Shown here piece after piece: positions 9,964 to 17,236 of a stretch of 21,882 bases of DNA. The notes beneath the pieces are model-generated. The model did not search any database and was not told the DNA's origin. It saw nothing but the letters and a program-made list of their open reading frames with translations. Within the stretch, counting starts at the first letter, position 1. The number at the start of each line of letters is the position of its first letter. Made by a program: the position numbers and the translations under genes. Location: assembly GCA_034717975.1 (NCBI GenBank), contig JAYEMF010000023.1, positions 1 through 21,882 on the forward strand. Direction: 5' to 3'. This DNA is from Campylobacterota bacterium (GTDB lineage: Bacteria > Campylobacterota > Campylobacteria > Campylobacterales > Sulfurimonadaceae).

Positions 9964-10686
9964 CTAGCGTTCGATCTCGCCGCCATACGATACGATACCG
10001 TATGTCAGGTTCCCGACTTTTGGATAACCCATGTCGTTCAGGATGCGTTGAACATGCGCACTTCGGCTTCCGACATGACAGTAGACGATGATGTTTTCAT
10101 CTTTTCGTAGACCGGCCTCCTGGAAAGTGTCAAAGAAGCTGCTGGTTGGAATAAGCTTGTCAGCCCCTTTGATGCGACCCATCTGCCACTCCATATGTTC
10201 GCGAACATCAACCAGTTTGAAGTTTATCATACCCAGCTCTTTGGCTTCGACCAATGCATGGACTTCATCACCATCGAGCTGCTTTTTCTCAAGAAGGATC
10301 AGACACTCCTCGGTGGTCAGTCCACGTGAGTGTTGGTGAACTACCTCTTCGATCTCTTCCTCTTTGGCGTGACGCTCAGCAAACTCTGGAGTACAGTAGA
10401 TCTGGCAGTGACATACGCCATCTTCGGGGATCTCTTTTTCGATGGCCGGAGGACATGGACAGATACGGTCTTCCTCTTTGTTCCCGGTAATGAAGAAACA
10501 TGGGCAGTAGCGTTTACCGTGCATCATCTTGTTACGGGTAAGCCCAAGCTGGATACCTTCATTGATCTCTGCATCGGGATTGTAGGCCCAGCCGAACTGT
10601 TCAACAACTTTATCGGTAAATTTTACCGTCTTCTCAAGTTGTGCCTGAAACTCATCAGAGTTAATATCGATTTTGGTGATACTCAT
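9964..10686 (-). CDS. Ferredoxin-thioredoxin reductase catalytic (beta) domain fused to a rhodanese domain
   Basis: The N-half has GL..NK..HG.RYCPC-x12-CPC-x13-CHC, the FTR 4Fe-4S/active-disulfide signature. The C-half has LVDVRE..EW..G.I.GA and the rhodanese active loop YCHVGSRS. Confidence 0.85.
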   Translation of the reverse strand: MSITKIDINSDEFQAQLEKTVKFTDKVVEQFGWAYNPDAEINEGIQLGLTRNKMMHGKRYCPCFFITGNKEEDRICPCPPAIEKEIPEDGVCHCQIYCTPEFAERHAKEEEIEEVVHQHSRGLTTEECLILLEKKQLDGDEVHALVEAKELGMINFKLVDVREHMEWQMGRIKGADKLIPTSSFFDTFQEAGLRKDENIIVYCHVGSRSAHVQRILNDMGYPKVGNLTYGIVSYGGEIER

Positions 10687-10694
10687 AATAGTCC

Positions 10695-11912
10695 TTACTT
10701 TTTCTTGCGTGCTTTGCCTTCGATAATAAAACGAAGGGCATTGAGTTTGATAAAGCCTGCGGCATCTTTCTGGTCGTAGACTTCATCTTCTTCAAAAGTC
10801 GAGTACTCTTCACTAAACAGTGACATGTCTGAAGAACGGCCAACAACCATGATATTTCCTTTGTAAAGTTTCAGACGGACCATTCCGTTTACGAACTCCT
10901 GAGTCTTGTCGATTGCCGCCTGAAGCATTTCGCGCTCCGGTGCAAACCAGAAGCCGTTGTAGATCAGTTTTGCATAACGAGGCATCATCTCATCTTTAAG
11001 GTGAGCAGCTTCGCGGTCCAGTGTAATAGACTCTATGGCACGGTGAGCTTTTAACATGATAGTTCCACCCGGCGTTTCATAACAACCACGTGCTTTCATA
11101 CCGACAAAACGGTTTTCAACTATGTCAACGCGACCAATACCATGCTTTCCGCCGATTTCGTTTAGCGTTTTAAGCATTGTAGCCGGACTTAACGCTTCGC
11201 CATTTAGTGTAACAGGGTCGCCATTTTTATAACCGATTTCAATATACTCTGCTTCGTCCGGTGCATTTTCAGGTGAAGAAGACCATAACCACATGCTCTC
11301 TTCAGGCTCCGCATTTGGATCTTCCAGGATTCCGCCTTCATAAGAGATATGAAGCAGGTTGGCATCCATAGAATAAGGTGATTTCTTACCTTTCTTTTCA
11401 ATGCTTATACCATGTTCTGCTGCATAAGATAGAAGTTTTTCACGTGAGTTTAAGTCCCACTCTCTCCATGGAGCGATGATAGTCAGCGTTGAGTCCTGAC
11501 CTAAATAACCCATCTCAAAACGTACCTGGTCATTACCCTTGCCGGTTGCACCATGACTGACACCATCAGCACCGGTGAGTTTGGCTATTTCAGCTTGACG
11601 TTTAGCGATTAGCGGACGAGCTATAGAAGTTCCCAAAAGATATTCACCCTCATAGATGGCGTTTGCTCGAAACATTGGGTATACGAAATCTTTTACAAAC
11701 TCTTCTCTTAAGTCATCAATAAAAATGTTTTCAGGTTTGATTCCAAATTCTAGTGCTTTAACACGGGCCGGTTCTAGCTCTTCACCTTGACCAAGATCGG
11801 CAGTAAATGTGACTACTTCGCAGTTGTATTCGTCTTGGAGCCATTTTAGAATAACACTGGTGTCAAGACCGCCAGAGTAGGCGAGTACGACTTTTTTTAC
11901 ATCTCTTCTCAT
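10695..11912 (-). CDS. argG: Argininosuccinate synthase
   Basis: Motifs [38 protein letters not shown] and YETPGG. Confidence 0.98.
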   Translation of the reverse strand: MRRDVKKVVLAYSGGLDTSVILKWLQDEYNCEVVTFTADLGQGEELEPARVKALEFGIKPENIFIDDLREEFVKDFVYPMFRANAIYEGEYLLGTSIARPLIAKRQAEIAKLTGADGVSHGATGKGNDQVRFEMGYLGQDSTLTIIAPWREWDLNSREKLLSYAAEHGISIEKKGKKSPYSMDANLLHISYEGGILEDPNAEPEESMWLWSSSPENAPDEAEYIEIGYKNGDPVTLNGEALSPATMLKTLNEIGGKHGIGRVDIVENRFVGMKARGCYETPGGTIMLKAHRAIESITLDREAAHLKDEMMPRYAKLIYNGFWFAPEREMLQAAIDKTQEFVNGMVRLKLYKGNIMVVGRSSDMSLFSEEYSTFEEDEVYDQKDAAGFIKLNALRFIIEGKARKKK

Positions 11913-11952
11913 ACAAAACCTTTTTAGGGAGTGCCCTATTTATAGTTCCGCG

Positions 11953-11958
11953 ATTTTA
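11953..11958 (-). promoter_or_regulatory. Putative sigma70 -10 box for the argG operon
   Basis: TAAAAT on the minus strand about 40 nt upstream of the argG ATG, followed by a small hairpin (TAGGG-N4-CCCTA, 11925-11938) before the RBS. Confidence 0.5.
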
Positions 11959-12001
11959 TCGAAAAAGAGTTTATAGTTTCATATCGGGGATTGAACGAGT
12001 G

Positions 12002-12055
12002 TTGATAAAGAGACCTCTTTTATCTTGGAAATTGGATAAGGAGAGGCATTATCAA
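12002..12055. other. Imperfect inverted repeat / stem-loop between fliS and argG (possible terminator or sRNA element)
   Basis: TTGATAA..CCTCTTTTATC-[TTGGAAATTG]-GATAAGGAGAGG..TTATCAA. Confidence 0.5.
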
Positions 12056-12094
12056 GCGAAGAAATATTATTTATTCATATAGGAGAGTTAAAGA

Positions 12095-12472
12095 TTATTG
12101 AGCGGGATCGGTTGTCTCTCTCCAGCCTTCGAGAAGTCCTTTGACGACATTGTTGATTTCATCGAGTTTGGACAGATCATTGTGCAGACCTGCTTCGACA
12201 AGCAGTTGAAGCTGATAGGTGTATAGGCCGTTTAGGTAGTGTGCAATATCACCCTGAGTAAAGTCAAGAGTGTTGATCAGTTCGGTAAAGATAGCAGATG
12301 AACGGTTGATCCAGTAGGTACGCTTTTCAATATTCTCATCATTGATGGCTTTTTTAGCCTGGGTATTGAAACGTAAAATCCCTTCATAGAGCATTTCGAT
12401 CAGTTTGTAAGGTGATTCTACCCCTGCATTGTTTTGTGCATACGTATTATAAGCTAAATTATTGTTATACAT
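12095..12472 (-). CDS. fliS: Flagellin export chaperone FliS
   Basis: Motifs AYNTYAQN, SPYKLIEMLYEGILRF, IFTELINTLD, YLNGLYTY and LLEGWRE. The likely start is ATG at 12472, after an AAGGA RBS. Confidence 0.93.
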   Translation of the reverse strand: MYNNNLAYNTYAQNNAGVESPYKLIEMLYEGILRFNTQAKKAINDENIEKRTYWINRSSAIFTELINTLDFTQGDIAHYLNGLYTYQLQLLVEAGLHNDLSKLDEINNVVKGLLEGWRETTDPAQ

Positions 12473-12550
12473 ATCTTCATCCTTTTTATCTTTGTCGGGC
12501 ACTTTCGACCCCTCTTCTGAAATTTATTACTTAATTAAAGTAAGTCTGAC

Positions 12551-12934
12551 TTACCCTTTTTGATCGAATAAAAATCCGCTCATATCTTGCATCTTTTGTG
12601 CCAGTGATACAGCTTGTTCAGCTGGAAAACGGCGGATAATACGGTTTGACGCTGTCTCAATTACTGAAACATAAAAATCCTCTGAGGTATTGTCAAAACC
12701 AAAGCGCAGTGATGTGTTGAATGGGTTAAGGGCAGTGTTCAGATCTTTAACGAGATCTTCCACCTCTTTTTCCGAATCAATTTTAGTGACTTCCTGTTCA
12801 TTTGATTTTTGCTCCTGAACCTGCTGCTGTTGCTGAATCTGCTCAACTTGTGATGTCTTTGGCTGGACGTTCTGCACAGGTGTAGGGTTCATTTGTGTCT
12901 GTTGTTGTTTCGCAACTTGATTCATGATTTCCAT
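12551..12934 (-). CDS. flaG: Flagellar protein FlaG
   Basis: Q-rich N-terminal linker, then LNTAL...TSLRFGFD...FYVSVIE...IIRRFPAE...GFLFDQKG. AAGGAG RBS. Confidence 0.92.
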   Translation of the reverse strand: MEIMNQVAKQQQTQMNPTPVQNVQPKTSQVEQIQQQQQVQEQKSNEQEVTKIDSEKEVEDLVKDLNTALNPFNTSLRFGFDNTSEDFYVSVIETASNRIIRRFPAEQAVSLAQKMQDMSGFLFDQKG

Positions 12935-12966
12935 AACTTACTCCTTTTCGAAATATCTTAAGCACA

Positions 12967-12993
12967 TTATCGGCTGAAAAAGTGATTACTTTA
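12967..12993 (-). promoter_or_regulatory. Sigma28 (FliA) promoter for flaG-fliS
   Basis: The minus strand reads TAAA-gtaatcactttttca (15 nt)-GCCGATAA, a perfect match to the consensus. Confidence 0.92.
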
Positions 12994-13012
12994 ATTCTCT
13001 TTGAAAAAATTT

Positions 13013-13021
13013 TGGTACGCT
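13013..13021 (+). promoter_or_regulatory. Putative extended -10 promoter of the MFS gene
   Basis: TGgTACGCT ends 7 nt before the ATG at 13029, with AT-rich tracts upstream. Confidence 0.5.
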
Positions 13022-13028
13022 TGCAAGA

Positions 13029-14243
13029 ATGAAAAATTATGTGACCCTTTTAAAAGCCGAACCGGTACTAAGACGACTCTCCTTGATCCAGCTGATCGCC
13101 TATTTTGGTGCATGGTTCAGTAATGTTGCTGTTTATACTCTGCTTCTGCAGATGGATGTCAATCCGGGTGTTGTTGCCTTGACGGCTGCACTGCATTTTC
13201 TTCCGGGGGTCATACAGGCACCTTTTAGCGGGCCACTAATCGACCGTTATGCGCCCAAACAGCTGATGATGGTGCTGATGGGAGTTGAGATTTTAGCTAC
13301 TTTGCCACTGATGTTTGTAGATGAGCCGTCTGAGTTGTGGCTTCTTTTTGTATTGGTCTTTATTCGGATGGGGGCGGCCAGCTTCTATTTTACCCTTGAG
13401 ATGTCACTGCTGCCGCGTATATTGGAACGTACAAAACTGAAACTTGCCAATGAGATCCACTCCATAATCTGGTCACTCTCTTATACATTGGGGATGGCAA
13501 TCAGCGGCTTCGTGGTCTATCTGGTTGGAGTTAAAATAGCTTTTTTACTGGACGCACTACTGTTCGTTACAGGATTGTTGCTATTGGTTCCGCTTCTGCT
13601 TCCGCAAAGAAAAGCTGTGAAACGGGAAAATATCATCTCTATGATGAGAGAGAGTCTCCTCTATCTGCGTCAGGAACCTTTACTTAAACATTTGATCCTA
13701 TTGCATGCTTTCGTTGGTTTTACGGCTTTTGATGCGTTGGTGGCACTGATAGTCGATACTTATTATGTTCCGGCTATTGCAACCGCACTGGCCATTGGTC
13801 TGCTGCACGCGTTTCGAGCCATTGGTTTAGTAGTTGGCCCGATGATGTTGGCTAAGTGGATCAATAACAGTAGATTAGCCTATCTTTTTTTATTTCAGGG
13901 GATAACCATTCTTATCTGGGCAGCTGTGGTAGAAAGTTTTACCCTCTCATTGATCGCCTCGGTTTTTGTAGGTCTAAGCACGACAACACTTTGGTCCTAT
14001 ACCTATACACTGCTGCAGTCGCATACGGATGAACATTACTATGGTAGAATCGTCTCCTATAATGACATGATATTTTTACTGACGGTAGCGCTGGTCTCTC
14101 TGCTTGTCGGGGCACTGGCTGAAGCGATGATCCCGCTGCCCATGATTACGGCTCTGTTGGGATGCAGTTTTTTTATGGGGATGTTCTACTATCTATGGAT
14201 ACGAAAAAATTACACAATCAAGGAGATCAATCATGATCTATGA
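13029..14243 (+). CDS. MFS transporter (resembles DHA3/H+ antiporter type), substrate unknown
   Basis: 404 aa with about 12 hydrophobic segments, motif A-like GPLIDRYAPK and a C-terminal YYGRIVS motif. Confidence 0.85.
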   Translation: MKNYVTLLKAEPVLRRLSLIQLIAYFGAWFSNVAVYTLLLQMDVNPGVVALTAALHFLPGVIQAPFSGPLIDRYAPKQLMMVLMGVEILATLPLMFVDEPSELWLLFVLVFIRMGAASFYFTLEMSLLPRILERTKLKLANEIHSIIWSLSYTLGMAISGFVVYLVGVKIAFLLDALLFVTGLLLLVPLLLPQRKAVKRENIISMMRESLLYLRQEPLLKHLILLHAFVGFTAFDALVALIVDTYYVPAIATALAIGLLHAFRAIGLVVGPMMLAKWINNSRLAYLFLFQGITILIWAAVVESFTLSLIASVFVGLSTTTLWSYTYTLLQSHTDEHYYGRIVSYNDMIFLLTVALVSLLVGALAEAMIPLPMITALLGCSFFMGMFYYLWIRKNYTIKEINHDL

Positions 14244-14499
14244 AGCTCAGGGCCACCGCATAGAGTTGTCGAAAATTACGCGTCTTTATCCGGCGGCTAC
14301 TGTTGAAGCCGGTGGTGAGACAGCCCAGGTCTCACTGGAGTGGGCAGAACTGAAGAAAGATGAAGTTCCTATTGGCTCTTATGTATTGGTCTTTGATATT
14401 GATCCTCTGGGCGAAATACCTGAAAACAGGATTGAACTGGTATATGAGACACAAGAGCAGCTCATAGAAGCGATGAAGGATGTTGCTCAATATCTATGA
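14233..14499 (+). CDS. Hypothetical small acidic protein (88 aa)
   Basis: Strong AAGGAG RBS, 11-nt overlap with the MFS gene end, protein-like composition, and it fills the gap before envC. Confidence 0.75.
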   Translation: MIYEAQGHRIELSKITRLYPAATVEAGGETAQVSLEWAELKKDEVPIGSYVLVFDIDPLGEIPENRIELVYETQEQLIEAMKDVAQYL

Positions 14500-14503
14500 T
14501 AGA

Positions 14504-15769
14504 TTATCGTATAAGCTGCATAGGGTTGATATGGTAGTTCTTTTGGGTGACTTCAAACATCAGCTCATTGCTGACCCGTCCGATGACGGAGCCTTTTTTC
14601 AGCTTTTTCCCTTTTTTGATTGTCGGCGCGATCTTATCCATATGTGCATAGATGGTGTGGATACCGTTGCTGTGTTCGATGATGACAACATTTTCCAGCA
14701 GAGCAGTGTTTTGAGCGAGTATCACTTTTCCATTTAAGACATTTTTGACTTTGGCATTATTGGTGGTAGGTTTTAGTGAAACGGATTCGTTGAAGATTTT
14801 CAGGTTATAGATAGGATCGGTGTAGGGACCGAATTTTTTAACCAGTTTATAGCCATCGAGTGGTGCGATAGTCTTTCGGCCGCGATACTTTTTGGTCTTG
14901 GTATTCGCATAACTACTGCCCACTTTTTTAACTTTTGGAAGATTTTTGGAGGCTACAACTGTTCGACCTTTTTTGGCTGCTTCAGCACGCTTGCGTGCTT
15001 CAGCTTTAGCCTTGGCTTCTGCTTTTTGACGGGCAATACGCTCTTTCTCTTTTTGGATCCGATCTTTTTTGATGATGTTAAGCTGTGAAAGGGTCTTTTG
15101 CAGCGCTCCTTGCTGAGAGAGCAGGGTGTCAACAGAGTGCTTGTAGCTTTTTTTGTTTTTTTTGAGCTTTTTCAGGGCCTTTTTATTGGCGTCTTGCGTA
15201 GTTAAAAGCTCTTTTTGTTTGCTCTCCATCTCGGTAATGGCATTCTTGAGCATGGCAGTACGCTCTTGAAGTTTGCCAATACGATCACTGTTGTCGGAAA
15301 ATTGGCTGTTGAGGCTGCTGATCTCTTTTTTGGAGGCTTCTGTCAGTTTTTTCAACACCTCTTCAGTGATCATCGCATCGGCATTGATAACACGTTCGTC
15401 ATCGAGCAGCATGGAGAGTGAGACATTTCGTGCCAGTGCAAATACAAGCTCCTGCTCAATTTTCTTCTGCTCTTCATCCAGCGTTTTCTGAGAGGATTTA
15501 AGTTGTACAAGCTCCTCTTTGTTCTGCTTGTAATCTTCCTCTTTGATGCTTAACTCCTGCATCAACTCCTGCAGAAACTTTTGCTGTTTGAGGATTGCAT
15601 TTTTCTCTTTTAGAATCGCTTTGGCATTTTTAGCCATCTTCTTATGAAGTGTACTGTGCTCTTTATCGAATGTGTTGATCTTTTTGGATGTCGTTGTGAT
15701 CTGCTGATCGATATCGGTTTTTCCAAAAAGAGAAACAGCCAGTAAAAGAGCGAGCGTAAACCGGATCAT
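14504..15769 (-). CDS. envC: Murein hydrolase activator EnvC (coiled coil plus degenerate M23/LytM domain)
   Basis: Signal peptide, long coiled coil and a C-terminal M23 fold (VVIIEHSNGIHTIYAHM, GSVIGRV, FEV, INPM) lacking the HxxxD and HxH zinc motifs. Lies downstream of ftsEX. Confidence 0.85.
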   Translation of the reverse strand: MIRFTLALLLAVSLFGKTDIDQQITTTSKKINTFDKEHSTLHKKMAKNAKAILKEKNAILKQQKFLQELMQELSIKEEDYKQNKEELVQLKSSQKTLDEEQKKIEQELVFALARNVSLSMLLDDERVINADAMITEEVLKKLTEASKKEISSLNSQFSDNSDRIGKLQERTAMLKNAITEMESKQKELLTTQDANKKALKKLKKNKKSYKHSVDTLLSQQGALQKTLSQLNIIKKDRIQKEKERIARQKAEAKAKAEARKRAEAAKKGRTVVASKNLPKVKKVGSSYANTKTKKYRGRKTIAPLDGYKLVKKFGPYTDPIYNLKIFNESVSLKPTTNNAKVKNVLNGKVILAQNTALLENVVIIEHSNGIHTIYAHMDKIAPTIKKGKKLKKGSVIGRVSNELMFEVTQKNYHINPMQLIR

Positions 15770-16578
15770 ACTTCCTCTTTATGTCCCATGATCACCAAAG
15801 TTGCCAGAAGCAAGGAGAGCGATAGGGCAATGGTCGTCAGTATCAGGCCGTCATTGAGCGGTGTATATATCTCAATGGAGATACCAATCGTATTAAGCTG
15901 CTGCTCGATCCATTGATACTGCAGAAGCAGGAAAAATGCGCCATTGATCAGAAGTGAAGCGATGATGGCATCAACGGTGGCCAATCGGTATAAAACAGCT
16001 GAACGGAGCCAGATCGGGGCACCAAAGAGGGCCATGATGCTCATTCGCTCGCTGTGTTGCAATTGCCAGATCTTGAGTTCCTTAAGGATTAGTAACGTCG
16101 TGACGGCGAAGATGACAAGTGCAAAAATAGTAGAGACTTTTTTATAGAGCAGCAGCAGTTTATAGACCAGGTCGTGGTTTTGTGCAAAATCTTCCACACG
16201 GGTGATCAAAGGGTGCTTGAGCAGGTTGGCATTGATCTTTGAAATCTCATCCGGTGTCGGGTAGTGATCGAGATGGACACGGTAAAACTTTGGAAGTGTC
16301 AGCTTGAGCAGCTCAATATTTTTAGCTTTCATCTGACCTTTAAGTGATTTTATAACGTGATCTGGCTGGATCTCTTCAGCTCTCTCTATCCGCTTGTCGA
16401 TCTCTTTAAAAAGGTCGGCTTTGAGCTCTTTTTTTGTCACGATGATAATCGAATAATCATTTTTCAGATTGGTCTCATAGGCTGTGATACTGCGGTCGAT
16501 GATCATATAGACCTGAATGGTGAAGAGGATCGTCGCCAGTGCGATGATCAGGGAGAGATGGTTTCTAATTGACTTCAT
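15766..16578 (-). CDS. ftsX: Cell division permease FtsX
   Basis: Four-TM topology with a periplasmic loop after TM1 and the motif ERMSIMALFGAP. Follows ftsE. Start MKSIRNH at 16578 is preferred (16590 is an alternative). Confidence 0.85.
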   Translation of the reverse strand: MKSIRNHLSLIIALATILFTIQVYMIIDRSITAYETNLKNDYSIIIVTKKELKADLFKEIDKRIERAEEIQPDHVIKSLKGQMKAKNIELLKLTLPKFYRVHLDHYPTPDEISKINANLLKHPLITRVEDFAQNHDLVYKLLLLYKKVSTIFALVIFAVTTLLILKELKIWQLQHSERMSIMALFGAPIWLRSAVLYRLATVDAIIASLLINGAFFLLLQYQWIEQQLNTIGISIEIYTPLNDGLILTTIALSLSLLLATLVIMGHKEEV

Positions 16579-17236
16579 AGATACTTCCATACTCGATATT
16601 AAAGTGTTTGTACTCTACACCCATATGTTCAGGGATATGGTGCGTAACGACGACAACGGTTGTCTTTAACTGTGTATTGGCACCTTCAAGAAGATTCCAG
16701 ATCACCTGGGCAGAGTAGTCATCCAGGTTACCTGTCGGTTCATCGGCCAAAATCAGGATAGGATTGTGTGCCAGGGCGCGGGCCATGGCAACGCGCTGCT
16801 GCTCGCCACCGCTCAGCTCAAGCGGGTATTTCCCCGCCTGATGATTGAGCTTCACATGGGTTAGCAGTTTTTCCACCTGTGTTTCGCTCACATCTTTGGT
16901 ATAACCGGTGATCATAAGCGGGAGCATCACATTCTTTTCGATGGTCCACTCTTTGACCAGTTTATAGTCCTGGAAAACGATGCCGATATGGCGACGCAAA
17001 AAGTTGAGGCGTTTGGATGAGATCTTATTCATCTCGACGCCGCCGGTGATCAGACTGCCGTAAGTTGGTGCAAGTGCACCGTAGATCGATTTCAACAGGG
17101 TCGATTTACCGCTTCCGCTGGCACCGGTGATAAAGACAAAGTCTCCTGAATTAATAGAGAAATTTGCTTTGTTGATGATGGTCTCATTCTCATTGTAAGC
17201 GAGGGTAAGATCTTTGGCGAGGATCACTTTATCCAT
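16565..17236 (-). CDS. ftsE: Cell division ATP-binding protein FtsE
   Basis: Motifs [33 protein letters not shown] and [10 protein letters not shown]. Confidence 0.93.
   Translation of the reverse strand: MDKVILAKDLTLAYNENETIINKANFSINSGDFVFITGASGSGKSTLLKSIYGALAPTYGSLITGGVEMNKISSKRLNFLRRHIGIVFQDYKLVKEWTIEKNVMLPLMITGYTKDVSETQVEKLLTHVKLNHQAGKYPLELSGGEQQRVAMARALAHNPILILADEPTGNLDDYSAQVIWNLLEGANTQLKTTVVVVTHHIPEHMGVEYKHFNIEYGSIYEVN

Noticed and set aside
9930..9986. N-terminal extension of L9 in the ORF track; similar extensions for rluD (to 20721), fliS (to 12502) and the mshK-like gene (to 2331)
   Set aside because: Artefacts of longest-ORF calling; family-typical starts with better RBS or coupling lie downstream.
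11981..12007. CCCGATAT on the minus strand as a second sigma28 promoter toward argG; similar weak matches upstream of fliS
   Set aside because: No TAAA -35 element at 15-nt spacing; cannot be supported.
11913..12094. Leader peptide or attenuator for argG (short ORFs MPLLIQFPR, MKL, MNK)
   Set aside because: No Arg-codon run, no RBS, and no clear terminator/antiterminator pair.
12810..12910. CAG/CAA-rich stretch in flaG as a tandem repeat
   Set aside because: A low-complexity Gln-rich linker with mixed codons, common in FlaG N-termini.
14504..14900. M23 domain lacks zinc ligands (possible pseudogene)
   Set aside because: A degenerate LytM site is the expected feature of EnvC, and the ORF is intact.
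15148..15163. A8/A7 homopolymer tracts in envC as a phase-variation or frameshift site
   Set aside because: Explained by Lys codons (LKKNKKS); the frame is intact, and phase variation in this phylum typically uses poly-G/C tracts.
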